Assembly: GCA_964562105.1 (NCBI GenBank)
Contig: CAZLRP010000002.1
Coordinates: 19,222-83,221, forward strand
Source of the DNA: an uncultured Candidatus Saccharibacteria bacterium
Lineage (GTDB): Bacteria; Patescibacteriota; Minisyncoccia; Phycocordibacterales; GWA1-40-21
Direction: 5' to 3'
Length of the DNA stretch: 64,000 bases
The position numbers and the translations under genes were made by a program. Of this stretch, positions 1 through 7,531 are shown in pieces. Position 1 is the stretch's first letter; each line of letters starts with the position of its first letter. The notes under the pieces were generated by a model. It did not search any database. It was not told the origin of the DNA and saw only the letters and a program-made list of their open reading frames with translations.

Positions 1-1853
1 TCACTCGCAAAATCCCAAATTGATAATCCGTTTTCAACTTCCTTTTTCGCCTGTTCTTCCGTAAGCCAAATAGGCTCAATTGTTTTTTCGGAAACTATTA
101 CATTAATTTCATTTTTAGAAGCTAAGCATTTTTGCGCTATCAAAACAGCTTCGTTTGCATCTGCCGGAAAATATACATTTATAAAATCGTGGTGTTTTTG
201 CAAGACGCTATCTATAAAACCCGGGTTTTGGTGTGAAAATCCATTATGTTCCTGCCTCCATCCTGTAGAGGTTAAAATATAATTTAAGGAAGGAATATCC
301 CCGCGCCATTCTGTCTGTCGTGCCACTTTCAAGAACTTGCTGTATTGATCTGCCATGCTTCCTACTATAGGGATAAAAGCTTCATAGGAGGCAAAAACAG
401 CGAATCTTCCCGTCAAGATATATCCTTGGGTAAGCCCTTGTAGAGAATTTTCCGAAAGCATTTCTATAACCCTGCCATCACGTGACATATCCCTATCCCA
501 TGATTCTATCTTTCCTACGAAAGCTCTTGTGGTCTGAGTAAACATATCCTGCAATCTGTTTGAGTAAGTTTCATCGGGAGAAAACAATCTGAAATTTCTT
601 TTTTCTTTATTTAACCTTACAACTTCGGCAAAATATTCACCGATTTTTTTCATCGCGCCTGCGCAGACTTTTCCCGGACCTTCTATTTTTGTTTCAAATT
701 GATTTACCTCCGGCAAAATCAGATCGCGTGAATGATCCCCTTTTTTAATGCCAAAAGCTATCTGGTTGTCACCCATCCTTAAGCCTTCCCTTGGAACATT
801 TTCCAAAATATCTTGAGAAAAACCTCTTTGAGAGTCAAAAAGTTTTTCAAACTTGTATGACTTAAACCATTTTTCAACAGCTTTTAATTGGCTTTTATCC
901 GTTTTTACTTCTTTTCCAACGACTTGATGAGAGAGACAATTCCCTTCTATTTTTTCTCCCTTTCCTTCTATTTTGAAACCTTTTAAATATTTTATACCCG
1001 TCCAACCTTTTGGAGTTTTCAAAATAATCATCGGAAATCTTAAATAGTCTTCAAGTTTTCTGTTTGGATTTTCTCTGGCTTCTTTTTGGATAGCTGTTAT
1101 AGAAGCATACGCAACATCTAAAGCTTTTACCATTTTTTCATACACCTTATCGTTATGCCCTTCAACAATAATCGGCTCGTAGCCATAACCTTTGAATAAA
1201 GATTTTAGATCTGAATTTTTCATTCTTCCAAAAATGGTGGGGCCGGAAATTTTGTATCCGTTCAAATGGAATATCGGCAAAACTGCTCCGTTTTTTGCAG
1301 GATCAATAAATTTATTTAGATGCCATGCAGTCGCCGATGAAGCCGTTTCATTTTCTCCATCTCCGACAAGACAAGCAACAATAAGGTCTGGATTATCTAA
1401 AACTGCTCCGTATGATGTAGAAAGTGAATATCCAAGCTCCCCGCCTTCAAGAATAACACCTGGAGTTGCGGGACTTGCATGACTTGGAAAACCGTAGGGC
1501 CAGCTGAAATTTTTTGTGACATAAGCTATGCCTGCCTCATCTCTTTGTGCTTCTTTGTAATATTTAGCCAAAGTTCCCTCCAAAAATAAATTGGATTGAA
1601 TTGCAGGAAAACCGTGCCCAGGACCCAATACGAACATCATGTTTGCATTCGTCTTTTTAATTAAATTGTTCAGGCAAGCGTATGTAAAATTTATGCCCGG
1701 GCATGTTCCCCAATGACCCAAAAGCCTTGTCTTTATATCATCAAAGATTAATTTATCTTTTAATAAAAAATTACTCTGTAAATATATTTGGCCTGCGGAT
1801 AGATAATTTGTCGCACGAACATACTTTTTGATATTTTCAATTTCTTGTGACAT
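1..1853 (-). CDS. xfp: Phosphoketolase (xylulose-5-P/fructose-6-P phosphoketolase), N-terminal ~617 aa; C-terminus lies beyond window start
   Basis: Reverse translation from ATG (cat at 1851-1853) gives MSQEIENIKKYVRATNYLSAGQIYLQSNFLL...TRLLGHWGTCPGINF...VLGPGHG...LVGDGENETASSATAWH. These are the typical phosphoketolase N-terminal TPP-enzyme motifs. The ORF is open to the window edge, so it is absent from the ORF track. Confidence 0.85.
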   Translation of the reverse strand, partial: MSQEIENIKKYVRATNYLSAGQIYLQSNFLLKDKLIFDDIKTRLLGHWGTCPGINFTYACLNNLIKKTNANMMFVLGPGHGFPAIQSNLFLEGTLAKYYKEAQRDEAGIAYVTKNFSWPYGFPSHASPATPGVILEGGELGYSLSTSYGAVLDNPDLIVACLVGDGENETASSATAWHLNKFIDPAKNGAVLPIFHLNGYKISGPTIFGRMKNSDLKSLFKGYGYEPIIVEGHNDKVYEKMVKALDVAYASITAIQKEARENPNRKLEDYLRFPMIILKTPKGWTGIKYLKGFKIEGKGEKIEGNCLSHQVVGKEVKTDKSQLKAVEKWFKSYKFEKLFDSQRGFSQDILENVPREGLRMGDNQIAFGIKKGDHSRDLILPEVNQFETKIEGPGKVCAGAMKKIGEYFAEVVRLNKEKRNFRLFSPDETYSNRLQDMFTQTTRAFVGKIESWDRDMSRDGRVIEMLSENSLQGLTQGYILTGRFAVFASYEAFIPIVGSMADQYSKFLKVARQTEWRGDIPSLNYILTSTGWRQEHNGFSHQNPGFIDSVLQKHHDFINVYFPADANEAVLIAQKCLASKNEINVIVSEKTIEPIWLTEEQAKKEVENGLSIWDFAS

Positions 1854-1968
1854 ATTCAATATTATAACAAATAATTAATAAAATTTATTTAAAACTAGTA
1901 TTGATATAATATCATATATTATTGAATATTTCTTCCAATAAAAAGTCTGGTGATGCCAGTTTATAAAT

Positions 1969-2274
1969 ATGATACAATACAAGCGTGCAAACAAAAGGTC
2001 TCAATATATTAGTCAAAAAAACAATTTTATAAAAATGAAAGAAAATAGAAAAGATGATGATGTAGTAGATAATGCTATATCTGAGGCTGTAAAAAGTTTT
2101 TCTTCGCTGAAAGAAAAAAGTAAGAAGATTATGGACAAAGTTAAAAAAGAATGGGAAGAAAGCGAACCTGACAGAAAAATGATGAAAGAAGATATTAAGA
2201 AAGGAAGTAAAATACTACTTGATAAATCAATCAAACTCAAAAAAGATATTGAAAAGAAATTGGACTCAATTTAA
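1969..2274 (+). CDS. Small Lys/Glu-rich hypothetical protein (101 aa; true start may be internal Met)
   Basis: ORF followed by a perfect 16-bp-stem hairpin. No recognisable domain. Confidence 0.3.
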   Translation: MIQYKRANKRSQYISQKNNFIKMKENRKDDDVVDNAISEAVKSFSSLKEKSKKIMDKVKKEWEESEPDRKMMKEDIKKGSKILLDKSIKLKKDIEKKLDSI

Positions 2275-2325
2275 ATAAACATAAAAAAATACTATACTTT
2301 CTGCTTTTATTTATTATTTTAAAAA

Positions 2326-2361
2326 CAACCCTCATTCGCAACTAATTGCGAATGAGGGTTG
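2326..2361. terminator. Bidirectional intrinsic terminator hairpin (caaccctcattcgcaa-ctaa-ttgcgaatgagggttg)
   Basis: Perfect 16-bp inverted repeat between convergent ORFs 1969..2274(+) and 2370..2966(-), with A/T flanks. Confidence 0.55.
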
Positions 2362-2369
2362 AGATTTAT

Positions 2370-2966
2370 TTAACAAAATATTTCAGCAAAATGATAAGGT
2401 ACTACTTCACGAACACCTGCGTTTTTATTGCAATAGTCGCCGTCCTTTAAAACTATTACGACTTTGCCTTCATGAAATCCAACGACAGGAACTCGTCCGT
2501 CAGATGCGCAATATGTTCCAGAACATATTGTCTGAGTTTTGATATCAAGATGTTCGCCACCAGTTTCTAGAAAATATTCAAGCTCTTGGACCATTCTCCC
2601 AATAAGACTGATTCCGCGAACTCCTTCTTCTCCAAGCATTCTGGCGGATTTGCCTCTGTGAATTTTATCAACTTCTTTTGTTTTACGGATCCATTTGGCA
2701 TAAGTGCCGTAATCTGGATTTCTGTAACTTATCAACCTACACGGACTAATCATATTGAGACACGGAAAATGATTACTACAGATTTCCAAAATATTAGCAT
2801 AAGTCAGACCACCATAAGTAAATAACAGTTTATCAAAATCCTCCTGCCCTGGTTTTTTGGTGGGAAGTACTATTTTTTCTATAGAACTATCAGAACTTCT
2901 CGGATACCATACTGGCCTAATTACTGGTTGCAGAACACCTAGCGAGCTACTTACATTATTTAACAT
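2370..2966 (-). CDS. Hypothetical protein, 198 aa, several Cys (CSGTYCASDG...DGDYC); no family recognised
   Basis: Long ORF in a coding-dense region. No motif I can assign. Confidence 0.45.
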   Translation of the reverse strand: MLNNVSSSLGVLQPVIRPVWYPRSSDSSIEKIVLPTKKPGQEDFDKLLFTYGGLTYANILEICSNHFPCLNMISPCRLISYRNPDYGTYAKWIRKTKEVDKIHRGKSARMLGEEGVRGISLIGRMVQELEYFLETGGEHLDIKTQTICSGTYCASDGRVPVVGFHEGKVVIVLKDGDYCNKNAGVREVVPYHFAEIFC

Positions 2967-3148
2967 AATGACTCCTTTTTTAGTTTACCCTCATGGACGG
3001 CAAACCGATTTAGTTCAAAAAACTTCTGCTGGCGATTGTATAACTAATAGTGCATAAAAGTCAACAGTAAAAATGAGGGTTTGGCTTCTATTTTTAACTA
3101 AAATTCTTTTAAGAATTGCATTCTTTAAGCTTTACCTGAAGAATTGAA

Positions 3149-4819
3149 TTACAGATTTCTCTTCACAAAAAGCCTTACAATTCTTAATTCTTCGTAAGTA
3201 TAAGCGAGCCCCAGTTTATTTTTTATCGGTGAAAGCAAAAAATCGCGATTTTCTCCATAAAGTTCACGAAAAGCCATCCAGATTTTTTTGTACTTCCCTG
3301 TTGGGACTTCTTTTTTTAAATGATTTATATCAAAGGTCGGATCTTCTGTAATAATTTTTTCTATATGGTCTAAAATCGTTCCTATTTTTACTCCTTTGAT
3401 TTCTAAAATTTCTTTGAGTCCCATTCCTTGTATAAGCATATTTTTTGTTTCTTGCATCGGTGAGATTCTGTTCTTTTTCTTCTTATCAATCTTAGTTCCT
3501 TCTGGTGGAGCTACTTTTTTCAAAAATTCTTCCTGTTTTTGTTTTACTTCCTTATCTGATAGTAAATAAAACCACTGCTTATCAGAATCAGACATTTCCT
3601 TCAAATCTTCATCAAAAATCATTATATCTTCCCTCACCTGTAGTGCATTTTTATTTATTCCAAGGAGACGAAGGCCTTCAAGCGTGCGAACACGAGAAAG
3701 CGCAACATATCCCATTCCTTTTTCAAAAGATTTTGAAAGGTCCACTTCAACAGCATCCAAGCTCATACCTTGGCTTTTGTGCACTGTGATAGCCCAAGCT
3801 AGACGGAGAGGATATTGTGTAATCGTCGCTTTAATTTTTCCTTCTTCTTCAATAACCCAATTTACTTTTTCCGGAGTGATTATCTTCCCTGAAGTAAGCA
3901 TAATTTTCGGTCCATAATTTGAACATTCAATCACTTTTCCGAGAGTTCCATTTGCATATCCTTCTTCAAAATTATTTTTTACAAACATCACTCTGGCACC
4001 TTTTTTTAGGCGCAAAATTTCCGGTGCAAGACAACTTTTCTTCAACGCTTCCACGAGAGCCTTTCTTCCTTTATCTTCCATCTGATATGTAAAAATCTGG
4101 CCAAAAAGTTTATTAAGCTCACTGTCATTTATAGTATCCACATTTATATTATGGGTGTGGAGCTTCGTTGGTTCAATTCCCTCTTTTAAACAAGCGTTGT
4201 TTCTTGAATTTAAACAAAACAAAGATTCTTCAGAAAGATTATTTCCGCGAATTCCATTCAAAATTTTTATAAACTTATCTTCTTTGTGTCTATATTGCTC
4301 TTCCAAATAGCATATTTTTAAATCTAGTTTTTTCCAAGTTTCTGATTTATAGGAAAAATGAGATTCTTTTTCGCCCATTCTTGAAACTGGCGGAAGCTGA
4401 AAAAAATCTCCACAAAGTATCACCTGCATTCCACCGAATGGAAGCTGATTTCTTTTTAAATGTCTTGCAATTCTTTCTATCAAATCTAGCCGAAAATGAT
4501 GTAGCATTGAAACCTCATCAATAATCAAAACATCAGTATTTGCAAATCTGTCATGTAAATATTTTTTGCTTTCTAAATCCTCAAGATCGTATTCTGAAAG
4601 CTCATCGCGAATTCCAAGTCCGCTCCAAGAATGAATTGTCGTTCCACCCATATGTGTTGCGGCAATCCCGGTGCTAGCCGTAATACCAACTTCAACTCCT
4701 TTATTTTTAAGAAATTTTATATATTCGTTTAGAAGATGTGTTTTTCCGCTTCCCGCCGCTCCGGTAATGTAGCAGTTGTATCCCATCTTCAATATGTCCA
4801 GCGCATCCTTTTGGGTCAT
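3149..4819 (-). CDS. PIF1/RecD-like ATP-dependent DNA helicase with C-terminal HTH-like extension
   Basis: Walker A (ITGAAGSGKTHLL), Walker B (VLIIDEVSM), QLPPV motif and a C-terminal UvrD_C_2-like segment (LRLAWAITVHKSQGMSLD). Confidence 0.8.
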   Translation of the reverse strand: MTQKDALDILKMGYNCYITGAAGSGKTHLLNEYIKFLKNKGVEVGITASTGIAATHMGGTTIHSWSGLGIRDELSEYDLEDLESKKYLHDRFANTDVLIIDEVSMLHHFRLDLIERIARHLKRNQLPFGGMQVILCGDFFQLPPVSRMGEKESHFSYKSETWKKLDLKICYLEEQYRHKEDKFIKILNGIRGNNLSEESLFCLNSRNNACLKEGIEPTKLHTHNINVDTINDSELNKLFGQIFTYQMEDKGRKALVEALKKSCLAPEILRLKKGARVMFVKNNFEEGYANGTLGKVIECSNYGPKIMLTSGKIITPEKVNWVIEEEGKIKATITQYPLRLAWAITVHKSQGMSLDAVEVDLSKSFEKGMGYVALSRVRTLEGLRLLGINKNALQVREDIMIFDEDLKEMSDSDKQWFYLLSDKEVKQKQEEFLKKVAPPEGTKIDKKKKNRISPMQETKNMLIQGMGLKEILEIKGVKIGTILDHIEKIITEDPTFDINHLKKEVPTGKYKKIWMAFRELYGENRDFLLSPIKNKLGLAYTYEELRIVRLFVKRNL

Positions 4820-4842
4820 AGTGAAAATGATTATATCATTTT

Positions 4843-5529
4843 CTACTTACTTTTTCTCCACTCATCAATCAATTTATGATTTCCTGACAACAGAACTTTT
4901 GGAACACGATATTTTTTACCTTTATATTCCAAAACTTCAGGTCTTGTATAAATCTCACCGCTTGAAATTCTTCCTTCTTCAAGCGAAGCTTTGTTCCCAA
5001 GCACACCATCTATCTGTCTTGAAACACAATCCATGATAATCATTGCTGGAAGTTCGCCACCTGTGAGGACAAAATTTCCTACGGAAATTTTGTCCGTTTT
5101 GAATATTTTATTCACTCTTTCATCAATTCCTTCATATCTTCCGGAAATAATTATAATATCGGAATACTTTTTTGCAGATTCTTTTGCATAAGTGGTATCA
5201 AATTGTTTTCCTCTTGGACTTAAAAATATAATTTTGTATTTTGACTTTCCACTTTTAACTTTCAACTTTATAACTCTTAAGGCTTTTTCCAAAGCTTTAA
5301 GCACCGGTTCTGCTTGCATTACCATTCCTGGACCTCCACCATAAGGAATATCATCTACTCTTTTGTATGGCTTGTCTTTTTCTTTTTGCACTTTTGTAAC
5401 TTTTGCAAAATCACGTGGATTATAAAAAACTACCTTGATTTTCTTTTCTTTTATCGCGCGTGCCAAAATAGACTCATTTAAATATGAGCTGAAAGCCTCC
5501 GGAAATAATGTGATTATGTGAAATGTCAT
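4843..5529 (-). CDS. trmD: tRNA (guanine37-N1)-methyltransferase TrmD
   Basis: MTFHIITLFPEAF...DIPYGGGPGMVM...IISGRYEGIDERV. Start taken at the MTFHII Met; the ORF track extends to 5550. Confidence 0.9.
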   Translation of the reverse strand: MTFHIITLFPEAFSSYLNESILARAIKEKKIKVVFYNPRDFAKVTKVQKEKDKPYKRVDDIPYGGGPGMVMQAEPVLKALEKALRVIKLKVKSGKSKYKIIFLSPRGKQFDTTYAKESAKKYSDIIIISGRYEGIDERVNKIFKTDKISVGNFVLTGGELPAMIIMDCVSRQIDGVLGNKASLEEGRISSGEIYTRPEVLEYKGKKYRVPKVLLSGNHKLIDEWRKSK

Positions 5530-5578
5530 CGCCACAATAAAATACAACATAATTGATAAAATTACAAATCACAAACCT

Positions 5579-5693
5579 CAATTCAGCGATAGCGTAATTA
5601 CACACTCCAATCTTTACCGTTTGTACTTTTTTGTCAAAAAGGTCTTAGTGTCCTAATGCACCCACTACCCCAATTACGCTATCGCTGAATTGG
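5579..5693. repeat. Perfect 21-bp inverted repeat (CAATTCAGCGATAGCGTAATT / AATTACGCTATCGCTGAATTG) separated by 73 bp
   Basis: Arms at 5579-5599 and 5673-5693 are exact reverse complements. They lie between the trmD start and ORF 5698. Confidence 0.7.
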
Positions 5694-5697
5694 TTTA

Positions 5698-6102
5698 TTG
5701 TGTATACTATATGAAATGAAAAAGATGAGAGATATAAAATACAAAGGTATTAGTGTTGGCGCTTTTGGTTTACCTAGACTAAACTCATTTTCAAAGCCTC
5801 CTGTACAAAAACCAACAAAAAGAATCTTTCATGCCACCTTTCTGTCAATTTTCGAAAAAGATGCAACGAAGAATTTGATAGTTATTTATGATATTCCGGA
5901 AGAAAAGAAAAAAGAAAGAGACTGGTTTCGTCGCCATTTAAAAAAATTTAATTATGTCATGATTCAAAGAAGTGTTTGGGTTGGTCCTTCTCCCCTACCA
6001 AAAGATTTTCTTAATTATGTAAAATCAATCGGCTTAAAAGATAAACTAAAAACTTTTAAATTAGCAAAACCTTATTCAGAAAATAGTAACAATATAGATT
6101 AA
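5698..6102 (+). CDS. Small Cas2/VapD-like protein, hypothetical (134 aa as ORF). The Cas2-like beta1-alpha1 segment starts about residue 55; an alternative TTG start would give ~80 aa.
   Basis: Segment LIVIYDIPEEKKKERDWFRRHLKKFNYVMIQRSVWVG matches the Cas2/VapD N-terminal pattern: hydrophobic strand, YD(V/I)-P, R..L...G...Q.SV(F/W). No CRISPR array nearby. Confidence 0.4.
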   Translation: MCILYEMKKMRDIKYKGISVGAFGLPRLNSFSKPPVQKPTKRIFHATFLSIFEKDATKNLIVIYDIPEEKKKERDWFRRHLKKFNYVMIQRSVWVGPSPLPKDFLNYVKSIGLKDKLKTFKLAKPYSENSNNID

Positions 6103-6106
6103 ATTT

Positions 6107-6126
6107 TATTTACGCTATAGCGTAAA
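6107..6126. promoter_or_regulatory. Perfect 20-bp palindrome ATTTACGCTATAGCGTAAAT sharing the TTACGCTAT core with the upstream IR arms
   Basis: Located 5 bp after the stop of ORF 5698..6102. A zero-spacer palindrome suggests a dimeric protein-binding site rather than a terminator. Confidence 0.45.
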
Positions 6127-6229
6127 TGAAACGATTATCTCACCAAATTTTCTTCTAGGTTTACATTAATAAAAGTTATGCTAATCTAATAAACGGAAGA
6201 TTTAACAAATCGATTTAAGGGGGTGTATT

Positions 6230-6511
6230 ATGGAAGAGAAAATGGAGAAAAAAGACGTAGACGCTCTTGCTATTCTTTTGGAAAAAGTGGGATATGATAA
6301 TCCTGAAAAACTCATAGAAAAAGAGCTTATTCCGCTCGCAATCAAAGAAAGCTGGTCTTTACGCAAAGCCCTGAACAAATATGCAGATGCATATTTAGGC
6401 GAAAAGACAAATTGGCACCAGCTTCGTATAGCCCTGAATCACATCAGTTCTGCAGACTTAAACGTATTGGCTATCAATGAAGTCGTTATTAAAAAACCAC
6501 CCTGGTTATAA
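6230..6511 (+). CDS. Hypothetical protein, 93 aa
   Basis: Strong SD (AAGGGGGTG) 7 nt upstream of the ATG, followed by two terminator hairpins. Confidence 0.5.
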   Translation: MEEKMEKKDVDALAILLEKVGYDNPEKLIEKELIPLAIKESWSLRKALNKYADAYLGEKTNWHQLRIALNHISSADLNVLAINEVVIKKPPWL

Positions 6512-6526
6512 GGGTGGTTTTTTTAA
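6491..6526 (+). terminator. Intrinsic terminator (ccaccctggttataagggtgg + T-run)
   Basis: Hairpin overlapping the stop of ORF 6230..6511, followed by TTTTTTT. Confidence 0.6.
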
Positions 6527-6537
6527 TTATTAAATAC

Positions 6538-6575
6538 AAAAGGCGCGACCTTCGGTCGCGCCTTTTGATTTTTTA
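6538..6575. terminator. Bidirectional intrinsic terminator (ggcgcgacc-ttcg-ggtcgcgcc flanked by A- and T-runs)
   Basis: GC-rich 9-bp stem with A-run on the left and T-run on the right. It sits between convergent genes. Confidence 0.7.
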
Positions 6576-6577
6576 TT

Positions 6578-6904
6578 TTATAACTTCAAATCTGCCATCG
6601 CCTCATCTACAGTTTTTGTAGAAGGCTCTTTTGAAAGAGTCGTCATTCTTGGCGCGCTTCCTTCAGGCTCTTCAATTTTCAAGTTTACTCTTGAATTGTT
6701 TTTCATTCCTACAACTCTTAATAGAGTTCTTATTGCTTTTGCTGTGTTGCCCGATCTCCCTATAACTTTGCCCATATCGGCATTATCCACAACAAGGGTC
6801 ATCAATACGCCCATTTCATCCACTGTTCTGGTAATTTTTACTTTTTCTGGAACATCAACTAAAGCCTTAACAACGAGTTCAAGAAATTTTGTATCGTTCT
6901 CCAT
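6578..6904 (-). CDS. KH-domain RNA-binding protein (YlqC/UPF0109 family)
   Basis: VDEMGVLMTLVVDNADMGKVIGRSGNTAKAIRTLL, a KH GxxG motif. Classic position downstream of rpsP. Start taken at the MENDTKF Met. Confidence 0.75.
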   Translation of the reverse strand: MENDTKFLELVVKALVDVPEKVKITRTVDEMGVLMTLVVDNADMGKVIGRSGNTAKAIRTLLRVVGMKNNSRVNLKIEEPEGSAPRMTTLSKEPSTKTVDEAMADLKL

Positions 6905-7017
6905 TGTGTTTAATTTCTGATTCTGATATTTACAGCAGTTCGACCGGTAATTTATAAAATACTGCCTGCACATATATTATCACAAGTAAAAAACTCTGCA
7001 ATTATTTTAACAACAAA

Positions 7018-7047
7018 AATCTGCCTGTTTTCACAGGCAGATTTTAG
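7018..7047 (-). terminator. Hairpin (aaatctgcctg-ttttca-caggcagattt) just downstream of rpsP
   Basis: Perfect 11-bp stem with A/T flanks. Possible attenuator between rpsP and the KH gene. Confidence 0.5.
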
Positions 7048-7054
7048 AAGATCT

Positions 7055-7486
7055 TTATATTTCAGCTTTTATTTCTTCTTTTGGCAATTCCGTTGGAACA
7101 GGTTCCGAAGCTATTACTGGAGTTTCTGTTGGAGTTGGCTCCGCCTTCGAAGCTTTTGCAGTGGCTTCAGTTTTCACCGCATCTTCTTTTGCTTTTTTTG
7201 CGTTTATAATTTTATTTTTGGGAAGTACATTTATTTTCTTTCCGGTGACAATTTTTTGGTCAACAAGAAAATTGTGAACTGTATCTGAAACTTGAGCACC
7301 TTTTGAAATCCAGTATTTTACTTTTTCTGCATCTACATGATTATTGCCTTTTCCTTTCCTTGCATCATAAGAACCCAAAACTTCAACGGCTTTCCCGCTT
7401 TTTGGTCCGAACTTCGAGTCTGTAAGCACGATACGAAAAGTTGGTTCATGAACTCTTCCTACCCTTTGTAATCTAATTATTAACAT
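7055..7486 (-). CDS. rpsP: 30S ribosomal protein S16 with Lys/Ala/Glu-rich C-terminal tail
   Basis: MLIIRLQRVGRVHEPTFRIVLTD...YWISKGAQVSDTV matches bS16. Confidence 0.9.
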   Translation of the reverse strand: MLIIRLQRVGRVHEPTFRIVLTDSKFGPKSGKAVEVLGSYDARKGKGNNHVDAEKVKYWISKGAQVSDTVHNFLVDQKIVTGKKINVLPKNKIINAKKAKEDAVKTEATAKASKAEPTPTETPVIASEPVPTELPKEEIKAEI

Positions 7487-7531
7487 AGACGCCATAGTAA
7501 CAAAATATTTCAAAAAAGCAAGGCTTATGCT

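Noticed and set aside
1192-1482. Plus-strand 96-aa ORF at the window start
   Set aside because: Antisense within the phosphoketolase CDS.
5698-6102. Possibility that the Cas2-like ORF marks a CRISPR-Cas locus
   Set aside because: No regularly spaced direct-repeat array and no cas1 or other cas genes anywhere in the window. Only a Cas2/VapD-like fold resemblance remains.
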